Origin: Candidatus Omnitrophota bacterium
GTDB lineage: Bacteria > Omnitrophota > Gorgyraeia > Zapsychrales > Fredricksoniimonadaceae
DNA: 64,000 nt
Direction: 5' to 3'
NCBI GenBank assembly: GCA_030650275.1
Contig: JAUSEK010000023.1
Span: 34,189 to 98,188, forward strand
Shown here one piece after another: positions 28,447 through 38,329 of the stretch. The translations under genes were made by a program, and so were the position numbers. The notes beneath the pieces were generated by a model. The model ran no database searches, had not been told where the DNA came from, and was given only the letters and a program-made list of their open reading frames with translations. The stretch's first letter is position 1; the number at the start of each line of letters is the position of its first letter.

Positions 28447-29310
28447 ATGAAGAAGTTAGGTTTAACGGTTTTATTGTTGAGTGCTGTTTGTGCCGGCGCC
28501 TTGCCGGTTTGGTCAGCAGAGGCCTATAATTTCGGTGATTACCGTTCGGTCACCCTGATCTCCAAAGCGTGGCCGGCGCTGGAAAAAGGCGACATTGAGG
28601 CGGTGTTGGCCTACACCAACAAATGCATTGAGCTGTACGCACAGCAGGCCCGCCAGATGCAAGCCGGGCTGAAAGATTATGTCACGGGGCCCACCAAGGA
28701 CGACACTTTCAATTTGTGGGCGCTCAATGACGTGGCCGCCGCTTATTACATCCAGGGCGAGGCCTACCGCAGGGCCAACATGAAAGCCGAATCCAAAGAG
28801 GCCTTCAGCAAATTGATCAATGAATATTCTTTCGGGCAGGTCTGGGACCCCAAGGGTTGGTTCTGGAAACCCGCCGAGGCCGCCAAGGAAAAGATCGCCA
28901 TGGCCGAGGCCGGCGTGAACGTGGATTTCGGTGATTATACGTCCGCCCAGTTGACGTTAAAAGCATGGACCGCTCTGGCCGCCAATGACCTCAACGCGGT
29001 CGTGATCTATACGAACAAGGTCCTGGAACTTTATGCGCCCAAGGCCAAGGAGATGCAGGCCTCTTTGAAAGAATATGCCTGGGAAAGCAAAGAGAGCACC
29101 TTCAGTTATTGGGCGCTTAATGACGTCGGGACCGCTTTGTTCATCCAGGGCGAGGCCTACCGTAGCGCCGGCAAGAAAAAGGAAGCCGCCGAGGCCTACA
29201 AGAAGGTCATCAACGAGTATTTTTACGCCCAGTGCTGGGACCCGGCTGGCTGGTTCTGGAAACCCGCCGAAGTTGCCCAACAGAAGTTAAGTGAATTGGA
29301 TAATGTTTAG
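28447..29310 (+). CDS. secreted protein made of two tandem ~125-aa WDPxGWFWKPAE-domain repeats
   Basis: SD GGAGG 8 nt upstream of ATG 28447; signal peptide; internal duplication (NFGDYRSVTL...WDPKGWFWKPAEAA and DFGDYTSAQL...WDPAGWFWKPAEVA). Confidence 0.65.
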   Translation: MKKLGLTVLLLSAVCAGALPVWSAEAYNFGDYRSVTLISKAWPALEKGDIEAVLAYTNKCIELYAQQARQMQAGLKDYVTGPTKDDTFNLWALNDVAAAYYIQGEAYRRANMKAESKEAFSKLINEYSFGQVWDPKGWFWKPAEAAKEKIAMAEAGVNVDFGDYTSAQLTLKAWTALAANDLNAVVIYTNKVLELYAPKAKEMQASLKEYAWESKESTFSYWALNDVGTALFIQGEAYRSAGKKKEAAEAYKKVINEYFYAQCWDPAGWFWKPAEVAQQKLSELDNV

Positions 29311-29905
29311 GATTTTTGTTCTGGTTTTATTGACCGGCGTTCCCCTTTTGGCTTTGGCCAAAGATCAGGGGGACGCCGTTGCTTTTGTCCCTTTCATCGT
29401 CTACCGCGACAATGCTTCGCCCAACCGCTATATTTCGTCTGGTTACATGCCGACCGGCGAATGCATCAAGCAGGATAATGCGTATACCCAAAATTGCGCC
29501 GAGGGCAAGAGCTGCATCAAGGTCGTTTACGACACGGCCTGTTCGGCCAAAAGCCGGCGCTGGGCCGGGGTGTACTGGCTCAACCCGGCCGACAATTGGG
29601 GCGAGCGCAAAGGCGGGTATGATCTCAACGGGGCCAGGAAACTCGTGTTCTGGGCCAAAGGGGAAAAGGGCGGGGAAGAGATCGCCGAGTTCAAGATCGG
29701 CGGTGTCGGCTCCAGCCGCGAATTCCCCGACACCGATGCCGCCTCCATCGGCCCGGTCATCCTCTCCAAGGACTGGCGGGAGTATTCTATCGATTTGCGC
29801 GGCAAGGACTTATCCTCTATCATCGGCGGTTTCGCGTGGATCGCCAGTGTCGACGCCAACCCCGGACCCTGCACCTTCTTTCTCGACAACATCCGTTTTG
29901 AATAA
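29303..29905 (+). CDS. secreted beta-sandwich protein, carbohydrate-binding-module-like
   Basis: ATG 29303 overlaps upstream stop; signal peptide; CBM-like segments (AGVYWLNPADNWGERKGGYDLNGARKLVFWAKG, DWREYSIDLRG, TFFLDNIRFE). Confidence 0.45.
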   Translation: MFRIFVLVLLTGVPLLALAKDQGDAVAFVPFIVYRDNASPNRYISSGYMPTGECIKQDNAYTQNCAEGKSCIKVVYDTACSAKSRRWAGVYWLNPADNWGERKGGYDLNGARKLVFWAKGEKGGEEIAEFKIGGVGSSREFPDTDAASIGPVILSKDWREYSIDLRGKDLSSIIGGFAWIASVDANPGPCTFFLDNIRFE

Positions 29906-29990
29906 TTTTTAAAAAAACGTAAAATCCCTTGTCTTGGGCTTGGGCATTTGTTATATTCTTTAGTGTCTGTATAACTTTTAAGGAGAATTT

Positions 29991-31238
29991 ATGTCCCAGG
30001 CCGTCCGCCGTGGCATTATTTTACTTGCCGCTTTGTTGCTTGTCCTCGCCGTGATCTCCGTCGCTATTTTTACCCAGAAAAGGTCCCTGGAAGAGCAGAA
30101 CCGGAACCTGCAGGCCCAGCTGACCGAATACCAGAATAAAGAAAGCCAGCTGCTGGCCAAAACCAAGAAATTGCAGGACGACAGCAAGGCCATGAACGAC
30201 CGCGTCGCGCAGAAGGACAAGGAGAAGGCCGAAGTCCAGGGCATATATGACGAGCTCAAGTCCAAGTATGACGCCGTCGACGGGCAGATGGCGCAGGTCG
30301 CCCGCGAGCGCGACGATTGGAAAAGCCGTCTGGAGACCACCCGCCGCGAGCGCGACGAGTTGATGAAAAAACTGCGCAACCAGCCCGAAAAGATCGTCTA
30401 TAAAGAACGCGAGCCGGCCGCGGTTGCCGCGCCGCAGGGGGAAGGTTACTGGGCCCAGGTCCTTAAGGAAAAGGCCGTGCTGCAGCTGGAACTGGAGAAG
30501 GTCAAGTCCGACCTCGACCAGAGCGTCCTGGAGATCGTGGACTTAAAGAAGAAGAATTCCGACATGCAGTTGGAGATCAAGACCATTCAAAACGAAAAAG
30601 AAGAGATCGTCCGCAAGATCAAATACGGCGAGGACCTCGCCAACAACCTTTCCGTTGAGGTGGCCCGCGCCCGCAATGACCAGAAGATGACCAATGAGCG
30701 CGCCGATAAATTAAAAGATCAGAATCAGCAATTGCAGGACCAGATCAAACAATTGACCACGACCAAGGTGGCTTTGGAAAGAAGCCTCACGCGCCTGAGC
30801 GAAGACAAAGACAAAATGGGTAAGAAGCTCACCCAGACGGAAAGCGTCATCCAGGGCCGCATCGACGAGATCTGGCAGATCAAGCAGAACCTTGACCAGA
30901 AGATCACCGACCTTCCCATAAAACCTTCACCGACTGAAGTGGAATTGTCTCCGATCATTGTCAATGCCGTTCCGGTGGGCCCTGCCCCCGCTGTTGGTCC
31001 CGCGGCGGCCGCCCCTAGGGAAAAACAGCACACCGTCATCAGCATCAATGAGACCAATAATTTTGTCATTGTTGACCTTGGTGAGGCCGACGGCAGCCGG
31101 GTCGGACAGGCATTGAAGGTGTATCGCGGCGGCAATGACATCGCCTCCCTGGAAGTCATTCAGGTCCGCAAAGATATTTCCGCCGCAGACATCAAGAACA
31201 AGTCCGTGCAGCTGAAGGTCGGAGACATTGTCCGCTAA
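29991..31238 (+). CDS. membrane-anchored long coiled-coil protein with C-terminal beta domain
   Basis: N-terminal TM helix, about 270 aa of heptad-rich coiled coil, then a Pro/Ala linker. Confidence 0.5.
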   Translation: MSQAVRRGIILLAALLLVLAVISVAIFTQKRSLEEQNRNLQAQLTEYQNKESQLLAKTKKLQDDSKAMNDRVAQKDKEKAEVQGIYDELKSKYDAVDGQMAQVARERDDWKSRLETTRRERDELMKKLRNQPEKIVYKEREPAAVAAPQGEGYWAQVLKEKAVLQLELEKVKSDLDQSVLEIVDLKKKNSDMQLEIKTIQNEKEEIVRKIKYGEDLANNLSVEVARARNDQKMTNERADKLKDQNQQLQDQIKQLTTTKVALERSLTRLSEDKDKMGKKLTQTESVIQGRIDEIWQIKQNLDQKITDLPIKPSPTEVELSPIIVNAVPVGPAPAVGPAAAAPREKQHTVISINETNNFVIVDLGEADGSRVGQALKVYRGGNDIASLEVIQVRKDISAADIKNKSVQLKVGDIVR

Positions 31239-31249
31239 TGCTTCGACTC

Positions 31250-31284
31250 GCCCCTTCGGGGCTCGCTCAGCACAAGTAGCGAGC
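31250..31284 (+). promoter_or_regulatory. two adjacent short hairpins (GCCCC-TTC-GGGGC and GCTCGCT-n11-AGCGAGC) in the 48-nt gap before lacI-family gene
   Basis: Read directly; no U-tract, so terminator function is doubtful. Confidence 0.3.
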
Positions 31285-31289
31285 AATTG

Positions 31290-32300
31290 ATGAACACTCC
31301 AAAAAAGATCAGCATTGTGGACGTGGCCCGCCGCGCGAAGGTTTCCATCACCACGGTTTCGCGCGTCCTGAATAAATTTCCCACCGTCAACAAAGACATC
31401 GCCGCGCGCGTCCAGGAAGCCATCGGTTTCCTGAAATTCAAACCGAATCCGACGGCCCAGCGTTTGGCCAAGGGCGGGGCCAACACCGCGGTGGGGTTTG
31501 TCATCCCGGGATTTCCCGGCATTTTCCATTCCTTTTACGCGGTGGAACTCATGCGCGGCATCGGCCACGGCTGTGAGACCCTGCGCCTCGACCTCATCTT
31601 TCACATCACCGACGGACACAATCCCTTAAAATCCAATTATGCCGGCGGGCTTATTTTCGCCGACATCATCGAGAACCGTTCCCAGGTCGAGGAGGCCCTC
31701 TCCCAGGGGGTCCCGTGCCTGGTCATCAATCACATGGTCAAGGACCTGGAGGTCAGTTACATCGCGGTGGACAACGTCAAGGGCGGGGCCATGGCCGCGG
31801 AATACCTTATCAATCTGGGACATAAGCGCATCGCGACCGTGACGGGCAATATCCAGACCCAGGCGGGCATTGACCGTTTGGAGGGTTTCCAGAAGGCCCT
31901 GATGAAAAAAGACATCGCGCTTGATCCGAAATATGTTTTTAAAGGCGATTATTCCCGCCGCTCGGCCCGCACGGCCGGCGAACGTTTTTTTGCCCTGGAT
32001 GATCCTCCCACGGCCGTTTTCGCCGCCAGCGACGATATGGCCCTTGAGATCATCTCCGTGGCCATGGAACACGGCATCAAGGTCCCCGAAGACATTTCCG
32101 TCGTCGGTTTTGATGACAACCCCGCGGGTCTTTTCGGCCCGGTTTCGCTGACGACCATCAAACAGCCGCTGTTTGCCATGGGGGAAGAAGCGGTTAAAGT
32201 CCTCTACGACATCATGCAGGGCAGGCAGGAAGGCCTTGTCCGCAAGGTCCTGATCCCCGAACTCATCGTGCGCGAATCCTGCGGCGCCCCCTCGTCATAA
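31290..32300 (+). CDS. LacI-family transcriptional regulator
   Basis: N-terminal HTH VSITTVSRVLN; periplasmic-binding-like effector domain. Confidence 0.8.
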   Translation: MNTPKKISIVDVARRAKVSITTVSRVLNKFPTVNKDIAARVQEAIGFLKFKPNPTAQRLAKGGANTAVGFVIPGFPGIFHSFYAVELMRGIGHGCETLRLDLIFHITDGHNPLKSNYAGGLIFADIIENRSQVEEALSQGVPCLVINHMVKDLEVSYIAVDNVKGGAMAAEYLINLGHKRIATVTGNIQTQAGIDRLEGFQKALMKKDIALDPKYVFKGDYSRRSARTAGERFFALDDPPTAVFAASDDMALEIISVAMEHGIKVPEDISVVGFDDNPAGLFGPVSLTTIKQPLFAMGEEAVKVLYDIMQGRQEGLVRKVLIPELIVRESCGAPSS

Positions 32301-32348
32301 TCAGTTGACAGTTCCCCCATTTTCCTGTAAATTTCTAATCACCAAATT

Positions 32349-34184
32349 ATGTCTAATCAATATGACTGTATCGTGATCGGCGGCGGACACGCCGGTATTG
32401 AGGCGGCCCTGGCCTCCAGCCGCATGGGGACCAAAACCCTCATGGTGACGTTTTCTTTTTCCACCATCGGCCAGATGAGCTGCAACCCCGCCGTCGGCGG
32501 GGTGGGCAAAGGCCAGCTGGTCAAGGAGATCGATGCTTTGGGCGGGGAAATGGGCCTGGCCGCTGACCGCACCGGCATCCAGTTCCGTCAATTGAACGCG
32601 TCCAAGGGACAGGCCGTGCGTTCTTCCCGTTGCCAGTCGGACCGCAAGCAATACCGGCTTTACATGCAAAATGCGGTGGCCCGCGCGCCCAACCTCTCCG
32701 TTAAAGAAGATAAGGTCCAAGAATTGATCGTGCGCCACGGGAGGATCACGGGCATCAAGACCGCGGACGGCAGTGTCATTGAAACCAAGACCCTGGTCAT
32801 CACGACCGGGACTTTTCTCAACGGCCGCATCCACCTCGGCTCCCGGATCACACCCGGCGGGCGCGTCGGGGAAGATGCGTCCAACCGGCTGGCGGACTCC
32901 ATCCGGGACCTGGGATTTGAGGTCATGATGTTCAAGACCGGAACACCGCCGCGTCTTGACGGGCGCACCATCAATTTTGAAAATTTGGTCCGCCAGGATT
33001 CCGATGAGCCGCCGGTGCCGTTCTCGTTCCGCACGCCGGAAATTCCCAAGACGCAGAAACTTTTGCCGTGCCATATCACGCGCACGACATCGCAGACGCA
33101 CGACATCATCCGCGCGAATTTCCATTTGTCGCCCATGTATTCCGGCCAGATCCAGGCCACGGGCGTGCGTTATTGCCCGTCCATCGAGGACAAGTTAAAG
33201 AAATTCGCCGACAAGGACAGTCATCACGTTTTTTTGGAACCCGAGGGCCTGGACACGTCCGAGTATTATCCCAACGGCATCTCGACGGGCTTGCCTGCCG
33301 GTGTGCAGGAACAGATGGTGCATTCCATTCCCGGTTTGGAGAGGGCGGTCATGGTCCGTCCCGGATATTCCATTGAGCACGGCGTTATCCCGGCGACGGA
33401 ATTGAAAGCGACGCTGGAGACCAAGAGGGTGAAGGGTTTATTCCTGGCCGGGCAGATCAACGGCACCACGGGTTATGAGGAAGCCGGCGCCCAGGGGCTC
33501 GTGGCCGGCATCAACGCTGCCTTGCAGGTTCAGGGCAAAGAGCCGTTCGTCCTCGGCCGTCATGAATCTTATATCGGTGTTCTCATCGACGATCTGGTGA
33601 CCAAGGGCACCGAGGAGCCATACCGCATGTTCACCTCGCGCGTGGAGTACCGGCTCATCGTGCGCGAGGACAATGCGGACATCCGTCTGGCCAAATACGG
33701 GCATGCCTTCGGGCTTTTGTCCGACGGGGAATACAGACAGGTCATTGATAAATACGAGACCGTTGAACGCCATATCGAACATTTGCGGCATGTCAAACGG
33801 GACGGGAAAAGCCTTTATGATCTGCTCAAAAGGCCGGAAGTCACCTACGACACGATCAGGGCCTATGATGACAGTTTCAAGGATTGCGGCGCCTCAACCG
33901 CGTCCCAGGTCGAGTATGCCATTAAATACGAAGGGTTCATTTCCCGTCAGATGAAGGAAATTGAGAAGTTCCGCCACATTGAATACATCCGCATTCCCGA
34001 CGGGTTTGATTTTGAAGCGGTGCCGGGCCTGTCCAAAGAGGTCCGTGAGAAATTCAAACGTTTTACCCCGGCGACGCTGGGCCAGGCCAACCGCATTTCG
34101 GGCGTTACCCCGGCTTCGATCACGCTGATGATGGTTTATTTGAAAAAATACAAACAAGGAGAACGGAATGAAAATCGCAAATGA
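32349..34184 (+). CDS. mnmG: tRNA uridine 5-carboxymethylaminomethyl modification enzyme MnmG (GidA)
   Basis: FAD motif [18 protein letters not shown]; 611 aa. Confidence 0.9.
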   Translation: MSNQYDCIVIGGGHAGIEAALASSRMGTKTLMVTFSFSTIGQMSCNPAVGGVGKGQLVKEIDALGGEMGLAADRTGIQFRQLNASKGQAVRSSRCQSDRKQYRLYMQNAVARAPNLSVKEDKVQELIVRHGRITGIKTADGSVIETKTLVITTGTFLNGRIHLGSRITPGGRVGEDASNRLADSIRDLGFEVMMFKTGTPPRLDGRTINFENLVRQDSDEPPVPFSFRTPEIPKTQKLLPCHITRTTSQTHDIIRANFHLSPMYSGQIQATGVRYCPSIEDKLKKFADKDSHHVFLEPEGLDTSEYYPNGISTGLPAGVQEQMVHSIPGLERAVMVRPGYSIEHGVIPATELKATLETKRVKGLFLAGQINGTTGYEEAGAQGLVAGINAALQVQGKEPFVLGRHESYIGVLIDDLVTKGTEEPYRMFTSRVEYRLIVREDNADIRLAKYGHAFGLLSDGEYRQVIDKYETVERHIEHLRHVKRDGKSLYDLLKRPEVTYDTIRAYDDSFKDCGASTASQVEYAIKYEGFISRQMKEIEKFRHIEYIRIPDGFDFEAVPGLSKEVREKFKRFTPATLGQANRISGVTPASITLMMVYLKKYKQGERNENRK

Positions 34185-35100
34185 CATTATGGAACTGATC
34201 GGCAATACGCCCCTGGTGCGCCTCAACAAGGTCACCCAGGGCTGCCAGGCCACGGTCGTGGCAAAACTGGAATTTTACAACCCTTTAAGTTCCGTCAAGG
34301 ACCGCATCGGGTTCAACATGATCCGCGATGCCGAGAAAAAGGGAAAGATCAAAAAGGACACGGTGATCATTGAGCCGACCTCCGGCAATACCGGTATAGC
34401 CCTGGCGTTCGTTTGCGCGGTCAAAGGGTATAAACTCGTTTTGACCATGCCCGAGACCATGAGTTTGGAACGCCGCGCGCTGTTAAAGGCGATGGGCGCT
34501 GAACTCATTTTGACGCCGGGCGCGGAAGGCATGAAAGGGGCGATCAGGAAGGCCAAGGAGATCCATGATTCGGACCCGAAGTATTTCATGCCCCAGCAGT
34601 TTGACAATCCGGCCAACGTGGAGATCCACCGCCTGACCACCGCCGAGGAGATCTGGCGCGATACCGACGGGAAAGCGGATTTCCTGGTCGCGGGTGTGGG
34701 CACCGGCGGCACCATCACCGGTGTCGCGCAGGTCATCAAACCCCGCAAGCCGTCTTTTAAGGCGATCGCTGTAGAGCCGGTCACGTCCCCGGTCCTTTCC
34801 GGCGGCCAGCCCGGCCCCCATAAAATTCAGGGGATCGGCGCGGGATTCATTCCCAGCATTCTGGACATGAAGCTCGTGGATGAGGTTATCCAGGTGACCA
34901 ATGAAGAGTCCTTTGCCATGGCCAAACGCCTGATCCGCGAAGAGGGAATATTATGCGGTATATCTTCCGGCGCCAATGTGGTCGCGGCCATCAAGGTGGC
35001 GAGTCGCCCGGAGAATAAAGGCAAGCTCATCGTGACCGTTGTTCCGTCCACCGGCGAGCGTTATTTGAGCACTGATCTGTTCGCCGAATTCCGTAGCTGA
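34168..35100 (+). CDS. cysK: cysteine synthase A (O-acetylserine sulfhydrylase)
   Basis: PLP-lysine motif SVKDRIG, GTGGT loop; overlaps mnmG stop. Confidence 0.85.
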   Translation: MKIANDIMELIGNTPLVRLNKVTQGCQATVVAKLEFYNPLSSVKDRIGFNMIRDAEKKGKIKKDTVIIEPTSGNTGIALAFVCAVKGYKLVLTMPETMSLERRALLKAMGAELILTPGAEGMKGAIRKAKEIHDSDPKYFMPQQFDNPANVEIHRLTTAEEIWRDTDGKADFLVAGVGTGGTITGVAQVIKPRKPSFKAIAVEPVTSPVLSGGQPGPHKIQGIGAGFIPSILDMKLVDEVIQVTNEESFAMAKRLIREEGILCGISSGANVVAAIKVASRPENKGKLIVTVVPSTGERYLSTDLFAEFRS

Positions 35101-35105
35101 CGGGC

Positions 35106-36239
35106 ATGAAATTTAACCGCAATGAATGGGCCGGCGCCTTTGGGGACATAGGCACGGACTTCCCGCTTTTGGTCGGCATGATCCTGGCCTCCGGCCTTGA
35201 CCCGGCCTGTGTGCTGACCGTCTATGGCGTCATGCAGGTGATGACCGGCATCATTTACCGCCGGCCCATGCCTGTCCAGCCCCTGAAAGCCGTTGCCCTC
35301 CTTGTCATCACCCAGAAAATACCGGCAGACACGATTTATGGCGGAGGCCTGGCCATTGCCCTCATCATGCTGGCCCTGACCGTCAGCGGGTCTTTGTCGC
35401 GGCTGGCCCGTCATATCCCAAAGTCCGTCGTGCGCGGCATTCAACTGGGGCTTGGGATCAGTTTGGCCCTTTTGGCCCTGAAGGATTATCTGCCCCGCGA
35501 CGGCGTTATCGGATACGTTTGGGGCGGATGCATTTTCGTTCTCATCCTGGTGCTTTTAAAGAACAGGCGGTTTCCGGCGGCGCTCGCCGCCATTCTTTTG
35601 GGGTTGGTGTATGCGTTTGTATTTAAGATCAATCCTGCGGGTTTTTCCGGCGCTGTCGGATTTCATTTACCCGTTGCGCGCATGCCGGGGTGGGGCGCGG
35701 TGGGAACAGGTTTTATTCTTTTGGCCTTGCCGCAAATTCCTCTGTCTTTGGGCAATTCCATTTTAGCCACGCGTCAGCTCAACGAAGACCTTTTCCCCGA
35801 GCGGCCGCTGACCGTTAATAAGATCGGATGGACCTATACGCTCATGAACATCGTGAGCCCTTTGTTCGGCGGCGTGCCTGTCTGCCACGGTTCAGGAGGG
35901 ATGATGGGGCATTACACGTTCGGCGCGCGCACCGGCGGGTCGCTTCTCATCTACGGCGGGATGTATCTGCTGTTGGGGCTGTTGTTCAGCCAGACCTTCG
36001 CGCAGGTGATCCAGATATTCCCCATGCCTGTCCTGGCGGCGATCCTGTTCGTCGAGGCCTTATCGTTGATGGCGCTGGTGCGGGATCTCTCGTCGGACAG
36101 GGCCGGCTTGTGGGTCGCTTGTATGGTGGGGCTGATGGCCTGCGCTTTGCCTTACGGCTTTATCGTGGGCATGGCTGCCGGTGTCGTCGTTGAGCTGTTC
36201 TTTCGGAAGAATTTAACTTCCAGGGCCAGGGACGCTTAA
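35106..36239 (+). CDS. MOT1-family (MFS_MOT1) putative molybdate transporter
   Basis: Both MOT1 signature motifs: PMPVQPLKAVALLVI and FGGVPVCHGSGGMMGHYTFGARTGGS. Confidence 0.6.
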   Translation: MKFNRNEWAGAFGDIGTDFPLLVGMILASGLDPACVLTVYGVMQVMTGIIYRRPMPVQPLKAVALLVITQKIPADTIYGGGLAIALIMLALTVSGSLSRLARHIPKSVVRGIQLGLGISLALLALKDYLPRDGVIGYVWGGCIFVLILVLLKNRRFPAALAAILLGLVYAFVFKINPAGFSGAVGFHLPVARMPGWGAVGTGFILLALPQIPLSLGNSILATRQLNEDLFPERPLTVNKIGWTYTLMNIVSPLFGGVPVCHGSGGMMGHYTFGARTGGSLLIYGGMYLLLGLLFSQTFAQVIQIFPMPVLAAILFVEALSLMALVRDLSSDRAGLWVACMVGLMACALPYGFIVGMAAGVVVELFFRKNLTSRARDA

Positions 36240-36419
36240 AGCGCCGGGGTCAACGATGCGTTCGTTGTGGGAGTCCTGGATCTCTTCGTCCCATATTTTG
36301 AAATGGGCGTTGATGGAGCGAAGGACATACGGGCCCATGACCACGATCCCCAGGATGACCAAAAGGACGATGAGGGAATATTCGATCAAGGATTGGCCGT
36401 GCCGATGATGTGCGCGCAT
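36213..36419 (-). CDS. Flp-family (type IVb) pilin-like small protein
   Basis: 68 aa from ATG 36419; Flp motif GQSLIEYSLIVLLVILGIVVMG; overlaps 3' end of MOT1 gene; no tad locus nearby. Confidence 0.35.
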   Translation of the reverse strand: MRAHHRHGQSLIEYSLIVLLVILGIVVMGPYVLRSINAHFKIWDEEIQDSHNERIVDPGALSVPGPGS

Positions 36420-36666
36420 GGTGAAAGTATATACCACATGTCCGCTCCCGGCAAGCGCGATCCTTGACACCCGAATACCGTATCGTTTTATTTCCATTTC
36501 AAAGAAAACTACCCATAGGGCATAAATGTAAAAATAGAAATATACCCCCATATGGGGCTTTCGCTATATTGGGTGAGCTGCGGCTTATTTTCTATTGACA
36601 AAGGGAGAAGATGTGATAAATTGGTCATGTAAAAAAAGTGTATGAGAGTTATTCTAAAGATAACCT

Positions 36667-37467
36667 ATGATACCTGAAAATACATCAAAGACCTTAGGCC
36701 CGATCGAGACCAATATCGTCGCCCGCTTAACATACGAGAAAAAGTTGATCGTCACTGTAGAGGATCTCGATCAATTATTTAAACTCGCCCCAGAGGATAG
36801 AAAACAGGTTGTTTTCAGGCTCAAAAGGAAAAAAATACTGGACCCTATAAAGCGCGGCGTCTATGCCTTTTCCCCGCTTGAAGCCGGCCCGGAAGGGACA
36901 GGGATCGATGAACTGCTCATTCCTCCGCTTTTTTTCCCAAAAAAGAATTACTACGTCGGTTACTCAACCATGTTTAATTACTACGGTTTTTCGGAACAAC
37001 TTTTTCAGACCGTATATGTTCTTAATACAACCTTACGTATGGAAAGGATCATTTGCGGTATTTCCTATAAGTTCATAAGAATTCCGGAAAGCCGCATCTA
37101 TGGCCGGGAAATCATTAAAGTGAAAAATACGGATGCCCTCGTCAGCTCTAAAGAGAGGACGCTCATCGACCTTCTTTATTTTAACAAGCCGGTCGGCGGC
37201 ATTAATAACGCCGTCCAGATCTTCAAACAAGTTGTTGAAGAAAAGAAATGTGATATCAAGAAGCTCATTCAATACGCCGCACGTTTTCCAAATATCACGA
37301 CCAGAAAACGCGTCGGCCTGATCCTTGATGATTTAGGCATTACCGAAACCACCCTTAGCCCGCTTATCAAAAGCGTGGCAAAAACCGCGCTGAGTTCGCT
37401 GACTGGATCGCGCAAAGGAACGCTCAACAAAAAATGGAGAGTCATTGTTAATGATCCACAAAAATAA
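36667..37467 (+). CDS. abiEi: AbiEi-family antitoxin / transcriptional regulator (type IV TA, abortive infection)
   Basis: AbiEi_4-like architecture; overlaps downstream AbiEii gene by 23 nt; AT-rich context. Confidence 0.6.
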   Translation: MIPENTSKTLGPIETNIVARLTYEKKLIVTVEDLDQLFKLAPEDRKQVVFRLKRKKILDPIKRGVYAFSPLEAGPEGTGIDELLIPPLFFPKKNYYVGYSTMFNYYGFSEQLFQTVYVLNTTLRMERIICGISYKFIRIPESRIYGREIIKVKNTDALVSSKERTLIDLLYFNKPVGGINNAVQIFKQVVEEKKCDIKKLIQYAARFPNITTRKRVGLILDDLGITETTLSPLIKSVAKTALSSLTGSRKGTLNKKWRVIVNDPQK

Positions 37468-38329
37468 AGAAGAATTTATAAAAACCCTTGAAAGAGCGTC
37501 CAGGAAGAAAGAGTTTTTATTGCCTCTATTGGAAAAAGATTACTATTTAACGTTGGTCCTTTCCCGGGTGCACGAGCTTTCAGAAGACCTCATTTTTAAA
37601 GGAGGGACATGCTTAAATAAGATTTATTACGCATATTATCGTTTGAGCGAAGATCTTGATTTTAGTATGAAGCTCCCACAGTACGAAGCGACGCGCGGCG
37701 AAAGACGCAAGTGTATCCAGTCGGTGAAGGACCATATAAAGAAGTTTGTGGAGCCATTAGATATAAAGATCGATGGATCGGACAATCCTGGGCGCAACGA
37801 ATCCAAGCAGTATGTATATTATTTTGTTTATCAATCAGCTCTACGCCAGGTCGAAGCAAAAATTAAATTTGAGATCGGCCTTAGGTATAATCCGATCCAC
37901 GCGACAGAGAAACGCCAAGTCCAACATAATTTTTTGCATCCCTTTACCGGAGAACCGTTATTTGATGGAGGCAAGGTCAATTGTTTGTCCTTAAAAGAGA
38001 TCGTGAGTGAAAAGCTCCGGGCCGCGGCCTTAAGGAAGACCATCGCGCCGCGCGATTTCTATGACCTCGATTTTATTTTGCGTAATCAATTCAACCTTGC
38101 GGACCAGGAAGTGATAGATCTTTTTGAGAAAAAGATTAAGGAAGATGGCGGAGATCCGGATTTAGCAAAGTATCGCACCAATCTCGGGCGATCCAATGAT
38201 GAAATCAAGGACATGCGTTCACGGATTGAAAATGAATTATTTGACGTATTAACGCCGGGCGAACGTGAGCATTTTGATCTCGACAAGGCGCTGATGAGGA
38301 TAAATGAGGCTTTAAAAGGGCTGAAATAA
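37445..38329 (+). CDS. abiEii: AbiEii/AbiGii-family nucleotidyltransferase toxin (DUF1814)
   Basis: Motif GGTCLNKIYYAYYRLSEDLDF (GGTxL...R.SxDxDF nucleotidyltransferase signature). Confidence 0.7.
   Translation: MLMIHKNKEEFIKTLERASRKKEFLLPLLEKDYYLTLVLSRVHELSEDLIFKGGTCLNKIYYAYYRLSEDLDFSMKLPQYEATRGERRKCIQSVKDHIKKFVEPLDIKIDGSDNPGRNESKQYVYYFVYQSALRQVEAKIKFEIGLRYNPIHATEKRQVQHNFLHPFTGEPLFDGGKVNCLSLKEIVSEKLRAAALRKTIAPRDFYDLDFILRNQFNLADQEVIDLFEKKIKEDGGDPDLAKYRTNLGRSNDEIKDMRSRIENELFDVLTPGEREHFDLDKALMRINEALKGLK

Noticed and set aside
29379-29912. 177-aa + strand ORF in alternate frame
   Set aside because: It overlaps the CBM-like secreted protein gene in a different frame. It has a Ser/Arg/Pro-rich composition, and the other frame has a signal peptide and domain-like sequence.
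31250-31284. Hairpins after the coiled-coil gene read as a terminator
   Set aside because: The stems are short and there is no U-tract. It is kept only as a low-confidence regulatory structure.
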